Assembly (NCBI GenBank): GCA_050253075.1 | Contig: JBFWJS010000004.1 | Span: forward strand, 96,001 to 160,000 | Direction of reading: 5' to 3' | Source of the DNA: Deferribacterales bacterium | Lineage (GTDB): Bacteria; Chrysiogenota; Deferribacteres; Deferribacterales; Geovibrionaceae | DNA length: 64,000 nt | Shown: one piece after another, positions 59,716 through 64,000 of the stretch | Numbering within the stretch: the stretch's first letter is position 1 | Layout: every line of letters begins with the position of its first letter | Program-made: the position numbers and the translations under genes | Notes under the pieces: model-generated | What the model was told of the DNA's origin: nothing | Database searches by the model: none | Seen by the model: the letters and a program-made list of their open reading frames with translations, nothing else

Positions 59716-60969
59716 TTATAAGGAACTGGCATAGCCAATGAGTTCATTGTAATCCAGAGTTCCGTAGTTATCTGAGAAATTGAACCAACCAGAAAGACCA
59801 AATGGTGCTGATTCTGTATTCTGCTCTGATACAGAGTCAATTCGGGTGAGAATATTCCTTGTTGTTGCTTCAAGCTCAAAATCATCGACAGTACAGCCGT
59901 CAAAATCAGCAGACGATTTATTCACGATGTTCTGAATCTCGTACATGTTCTGAGTTCCGGCAATGTCATTCAGAATGTCTTCATCAGCATAGATGTAACC
60001 CTCTGAACTCTGACATGTATAATCGGAATCATCACCGAGCCTTGATTCAAAAGTGGTGAATGTATAGACCTCAGTGTTCGAGTCAGGATTCTGTCTCACT
60101 CTTTCACTATAAGATATTGGTCTGATTTCGGTTTCCAGATCATCTTCTACTTTAGTGAGTTCGTAGATTGTTCTCTCGTTAGTGAACACGATTACGTCTT
60201 TATACCAAGCATCTGGATAAGCATTTTTGTTGTCGATTTCACTGCCCTGATAGTATTGAACCATTACAAAGTTAGTGTCACCGTACTGTGCTTTGAGAGC
60301 AAGTGTGTCCTCAAGAGACTTGGCAAGGACAGGTACAATGTCTCCTGCAAGGTCATGAGCGACAGCATTCTGTTCTTCTACATAGTCAGAATAGAGTTCT
60401 TCTTCTGTAAGCCCAAGTGTCTGAGACACGTTCTGAACTGTTTCATCCATGAGCAAAAGAATGTCCTGAACTGCTGATGGGTTTGATGAGAAATAGTCAC
60501 ATGTTACATCTGCACCATATTCCTGAAATATCATGCTCTGAATCTTAGTCCAGAGAACAGAAGTTAAAGGTGTGATGTGAGCTGTTGTTTTCTCAGTTGT
60601 GCCGCCAAAATTTGGTGTTCTGAACATCTGATATGCTTCTGTTACTGTGCCATTCTCTAGGTCAACTGCACCGACAGGAACATCAACCACGAGTGGCGAG
60701 TTCCAAGCACATGCTTTCTGTGTTTCATCTTCAAAAGTCAGGTTAAAGAGTCCGCCTTCTCCAGATACTACAGATGGTTCACCATCATCAAGCTCACCGT
60801 TGTAGTTCAGGTCATAAAAGATTGTTGCTCCTTCAATGTAACCATCAATGACCTTACCTGCCATATCAGCAGTGGTTAAGTCTGAATCTGATGAACTGGA
60901 AGACGAACCGCCACCTCCACATGCAGTCAAGGAAAGAAGCACTAATAACATCAAGCAGTATCTTTTCAT
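59716..60969 (-). CDS. Acidic surface lipoprotein
   Basis: GGAGG RBS; lipobox LTAC plus GGGGSSSS; GKVIDGYIEGATIFYDLNYNGELDDGEP, ITPLTS. Confidence 0.8.
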   Translation of the reverse strand: MKRYCLMLLVLLSLTACGGGGSSSSSSDSDLTTADMAGKVIDGYIEGATIFYDLNYNGELDDGEPSVVSGEGGLFNLTFEDETQKACAWNSPLVVDVPVGAVDLENGTVTEAYQMFRTPNFGGTTEKTTAHITPLTSVLWTKIQSMIFQEYGADVTCDYFSSNPSAVQDILLLMDETVQNVSQTLGLTEEELYSDYVEEQNAVAHDLAGDIVPVLAKSLEDTLALKAQYGDTNFVMVQYYQGSEIDNKNAYPDAWYKDVIVFTNERTIYELTKVEDDLETEIRPISYSERVRQNPDSNTEVYTFTTFESRLGDDSDYTCQSSEGYIYADEDILNDIAGTQNMYEIQNIVNKSSADFDGCTVDDFELEATTRNILTRIDSVSEQNTESAPFGLSGWFNFSDNYGTLDYNELIGYASSL

Positions 60970-61042
60970 TGTAAAACCTCCATAAATGATTGTAAAAATT
61001 AGATTTTATAAGGTTATTCACTTATAAATCTTCGACAATAGA

Positions 61043-61058
61043 ACCGCATATATGCGGT
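61043..61058. promoter_or_regulatory. Perfect palindrome, candidate operator of the XRE regulator
   Basis: ACCGCATATATGCGGT in a divergent intergenic region. Confidence 0.65.
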
Positions 61059-61092
61059 GTATAAACTTTAAACTTTAATGCAGAATTTGTAA

Positions 61093-61311
61093 ATGGATAA
61101 TATCAATTTAAGATTTGCAAAAACGCTTAGAATGTTACGAACTGAAAGGAACATGACTCAGGAAGAACTGGCAGAAAAGTCAGGTATTGACTATAAGTAT
61201 CTTCAGAAATTAGAAGGGCAAAATCCTTCATCACCAACATTATCGACCCTTGAAAAACTTGCCAAAGGGTTGAGTATAACAATAATACAGCTTTTAGCAG
61301 ATATTCAGTAA
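61093..61311 (+). CDS. XRE-family HTH regulator
   Basis: LRMLRTERNMTQEELAEKSGIDYKYLQKLE...PTLSTLEKLAKGL. Confidence 0.9.
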   Translation: MDNINLRFAKTLRMLRTERNMTQEELAEKSGIDYKYLQKLEGQNPSSPTLSTLEKLAKGLSITIIQLLADIQ

Positions 61312-61501
61312 TACACGCAGCATTTCAGCCGTGTTATTGAACGATATTTCTGTTGCTCTTAATGTGTCAATTTCAGAGCTAATGCAACACGACCACAAAG
61401 ACGATAGCGAACTTCTAAAGAAAGAGGTCATAAAGTATATCAACAATGCCAGCCCAGAAACCATTCAGAAGATATACTTCTTTATTAAGAATATATTATA
61501 G
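61310..61501 (+). pseudogene. C-terminal remnant of another XRE regulator
   Basis: NTRSISAVLLNDISVALNVSISELM...TIQKIYFFIKNIL; lacks the first HTH helices. Confidence 0.55.
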
Positions 61502-61515
61502 ATGACTATATGATA

Positions 61516-61544
61516 CAATTTAGACCATTTTTCCTTCTGAATTA
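61516..61544 (+). repeat. 29-bp arm-spacer-arm site D
   Basis: CAATTTAGAC-CATTTTTCC-TTCTGAATTA. Confidence 0.78.
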
Positions 61545-61599
61545 ACAGGATTATTGCCTGAATTGACTTTCAAAGATCATAAATGTTAAACTAAATTCA

Positions 61600-62322
61600 C
61601 TAAATGATATTTTTAAAAACAACAATAAAAGCACAAAGAATAAGCATCAAGTTAACTATTACAGAGAAAGTCCTGTCGCTAATTTTCCTGAGGAATTTAC
61701 GACCAAAATAATTACCCGTAACCGCCCCAACTCCTGCTATAACCCCAATAAGCAAGACTTTGGAATCTATCATGCCAACTGTAGTGTATGTGCCTGCTTT
61801 GAATAATTGCATAACAATAACAACAGCAGCTTTTGTGCCTAGTAGCATTTCTTTTTGCATGCCATAGTTCATGTAAAACGGATTCATTAAAGGACCGCCC
61901 ACACCAACAATCCCTGATATAAAAGAAGAGATTGTTCCGGCTATTGGAAAGTGCCAGTTTTTAACTTGAAACAGCTTTTTCTCTTTGAAAAATAGTGCCC
62001 ATACGCCATTTAACAAATAGAATCCTGCCAAAAAATATGCAATTACCACAGGGTTAACAAAAGAGAATAGGTAAGCTCCAGACACCGCTCCGATTATGAC
62101 ACCCGGCATAACAAGCAATGAGACTCTAACATTAATTGATTTTCTGTATAAGACTATTCTGCTTAAACCAGACAACAAACCTGCAACAGCGACAGCAGGT
62201 GCTACTGTCTGTATCGAAAAGAACATTCCTGAAACAGGGACAAAAATCATTGCCCCTCCGCCACCAGCCAGAGTACTGAAAAACCAAGATAAAGCACCTA
62301 AAACAAAAGGTAATAAAAGCAT
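61600..62322 (-). CDS. TauE/SafE (TSUP) family transporter
   Basis: AGGGGAMIFVP and GVGGP repeats; multiple TM segments. Confidence 0.9.
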   Translation of the reverse strand: MLLLPFVLGALSWFFSTLAGGGGAMIFVPVSGMFFSIQTVAPAVAVAGLLSGLSRIVLYRKSINVRVSLLVMPGVIIGAVSGAYLFSFVNPVVIAYFLAGFYLLNGVWALFFKEKKLFQVKNWHFPIAGTISSFISGIVGVGGPLMNPFYMNYGMQKEMLLGTKAAVVIVMQLFKAGTYTTVGMIDSKVLLIGVIAGVGAVTGNYFGRKFLRKISDRTFSVIVNLMLILCAFIVVFKNII

Positions 62323-62343
62323 AATCCCTCATGTAATAATGTA

Positions 62344-63258
62344 TTAAAATTCTATAACTATCTTTCCCATATCTTTTGTGTCGTAACCGCCAATATGGGC
62401 AAATTCATCTCTGAAAGCATCTGAACGTATTATGCTTAATAAAGATTCAATCTCAGGAGTCCCCATATCTTCTCTCTTGAATACTAAGTCATACCTTTCT
62501 TTTTTGATTGGAACAAATTCAATGCCTTCAACTTGTTTAGCGATTTTCTCAGAACCGATAGCGACATCAGCCTTTCCTGAAGCAACAACACTTGCGACAG
62601 TTAAATGAGACTGGATTTCTTTTTCGTATCCTGAAATATCCTTTCCGAAAATACCTAAAAGTCTGAGGTTCTCATCCAGCAGTACCCTAGAGCCTGAGCC
62701 TTGTTCACGGTTGACCATCGTTATGTCATCACGCCTAAAGTCTTCCCATTTTATTATATTTTTCGGGTTTCCTTTGGCGACATAAAAACCTTGGATGCGA
62801 CAGGTTAAGTGGACAATAACAGCAGGAATCCCAGGTAGCAGTCTACGCACATAAGGAACATTGTATGTGTCAGTGTCGCTGTCCCAGAGGTGGGCTGATG
62901 CAACACTTACCTGATTCCGATAAAGAGCGACAAGGCTATCATAGCTCCCAATGTATGCTCGCAATGCAGGTGTATTATGCTGACGCATATAGTTTGAGAG
63001 TATATCCAGTATTATATCCTGACCACATAACACAAACCCTTTATTTGCGATACCACTGATTGCTTCATTTTTAACGGGGATATTCGCTTGTTTGCGACCT
63101 TTAATATATGATTTGACATCATCTTCTGAAAAACGAATTTTCCGTCCAACTTTGTAAGATGGTAACTCACCGTTTTTTATTAAGCTATAAACCTTGCTCT
63201 TACTGATTTTTAGCATTTCGCTAATATCTTCTACAGAAAGCTCATCTCTTGACATCAT
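62344..63258 (-). CDS. Excisionase-type HTH plus PBP-domain regulator (oxyanion-sensing family)
   Basis: LSVEDISEMLKISKSKVYSLIKNGELPSYKVG; GSYDSL, AHLWD, NREQGSGSR, ERYD; GGAGG RBS. Confidence 0.88.
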   Translation of the reverse strand: MMSRDELSVEDISEMLKISKSKVYSLIKNGELPSYKVGRKIRFSEDDVKSYIKGRKQANIPVKNEAISGIANKGFVLCGQDIILDILSNYMRQHNTPALRAYIGSYDSLVALYRNQVSVASAHLWDSDTDTYNVPYVRRLLPGIPAVIVHLTCRIQGFYVAKGNPKNIIKWEDFRRDDITMVNREQGSGSRVLLDENLRLLGIFGKDISGYEKEIQSHLTVASVVASGKADVAIGSEKIAKQVEGIEFVPIKKERYDLVFKREDMGTPEIESLLSIIRSDAFRDEFAHIGGYDTKDMGKIVIEF

Positions 63259-63272
63259 AAAGCCTCCAAATC

Positions 63273-63300
63273 TTGACAAATACGCCAATTAATTTAAAAT
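63273..63300 (+). promoter_or_regulatory. Putative sigma70 promoter of the gap paralog
   Basis: TTGACA-16bp-TAAAAT. Confidence 0.5.
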
Positions 63301-63422
63301 AAGACATAAAGCATAATTTATACATGTTTTAGTGTTATTTAATCTATTTAAGCACAGCTCAAGACGAGAAACAAGAACATTTAAGTTGAAAATTATTTCT
63401 TAATAAAACAAGGAGTGATTCT

Positions 63423-64000
63423 ATGAATAAAAAAATTGCAATTAATGGATTTGGAAGGATAGGTAGAGTTTTATTTAAACAGATTATTAACGATGACAGA
63501 TATGAAGTAAAAATAATAAACGATCCCGCAACAACAGAGATGATGGTTTACTTATTAAAACATGATAGTACTCTTGGCACAATGGATATGCAAAACGAAT
63601 TGAAAACGGGCTGTGATTTCATAGATGTACATGGACAACATATACATACAACACATGAAATTGAGCCAGATAACCTATTATGGGGTAAATACGATATAGA
63701 TATTGTAATCGACTGCTCAGGCACTTACCTTTCTAAAGAGAAAGCACAGAAGCATCTTGATGCCGGAGCAAAGAAAGTCATATTGTCTGCCCCTGCTGGT
63801 CATGATATACCAACTGTCGTATACGGAGTTAATACAGAAATATTGACATCAGATGACCGTATCATTTCTGCGGCATCTTGTTCTACCAATGCACTTGCGC
63901 CTATGGTGAAAGCCTTGAGTCAGTATGCCAATATTTTAGCTGGGAACATGCTTACAGTTCACGGATATACTGCAAGCCAAGTTCTTGTGGATAATGCACA
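63423..64000 (+). CDS. gap: Type I glyceraldehyde-3-phosphate dehydrogenase paralog (3' partial; not in ORF track)
   Basis: AGGAG RBS; MNKKIAINGFGRIGR, IND, GAKKVILSAP, SAASCSTNALAP. Confidence 0.92.
   Translation, partial: MNKKIAINGFGRIGRVLFKQIINDDRYEVKIINDPATTEMMVYLLKHDSTLGTMDMQNELKTGCDFIDVHGQHIHTTHEIEPDNLLWGKYDIDIVIDCSGTYLSKEKAQKHLDAGAKKVILSAPAGHDIPTVVYGVNTEILTSDDRIISAASCSTNALAPMVKALSQYANILAGNMLTVHGYTASQVLVDNA

Larger units (their letters stand above)
48265..64000. mobile_element. tRNA-Phe-anchored genomic island (right end not seen)
   Basis: Abrupt AT-rich shift after the tRNA; two tyrosine recombinases, polymerase-like gene, RES protein, many orphans. Confidence 0.88.

Noticed and set aside
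61093..61311. Restriction-modification controller operon
   Set aside because: Protein resembles C proteins but no methyltransferase or endonuclease gene follows
49999..61544. Island repeats as a CRISPR array
   Set aside because: Copies are 1-7 kb apart with genes between them; no cas gene recognised
53554..61544. Classical integron
   Set aside because: No RYYYAAC...GTTRRRY attC hairpins seen and neither recombinase looks like IntI

Overview
Bacterial chromosome segment whose gene content (hisZ-purA, gatCAB, folE2, hypAB, class V aminotransferase, loop-less tRNA nucleotidyltransferase) suggests an anaerobe of the Deferribacterales (Denitrovibrio/Geovibrio/Seleniivibrio-like; inference, not searched). 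Positions 1 to ~48260 are densely packed housekeeping genes with four clustered tRNAs, a family of intergenic GTCAT...ATGAC palindromic repeats, a 55-aa ferredoxin missed by the ORF track, and a Phe/Trp/Tyr-rich leader-peptide attenuator in front of a DAHP synthase gene. Immediately after tRNA-Phe (48189-48264) the sequence becomes visibly AT-rich and is a genomic island that runs to or past the window end. It encodes a tyrosine integrase, a ResD-like tyrosine resolvase, a stand-alone minimal family-A/T7-like polymerase, a clamp-loader-type AAA+ ATPase, an RHH protein, a RES-domain protein and a tandem paralog pair. It is punctuated by two separate families of repeated sites: four directly repeated 29-bp arm-spacer-arm sites, two of which contain gene stop codons, and four GAGGAATATTCCTC palindromes, one of which marks the truncation point of a second integrase copy. 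This modular, possibly self-replicating element is the main candidate for an undescribed system. All calls were made by eye from sequence motifs; no database search was run.
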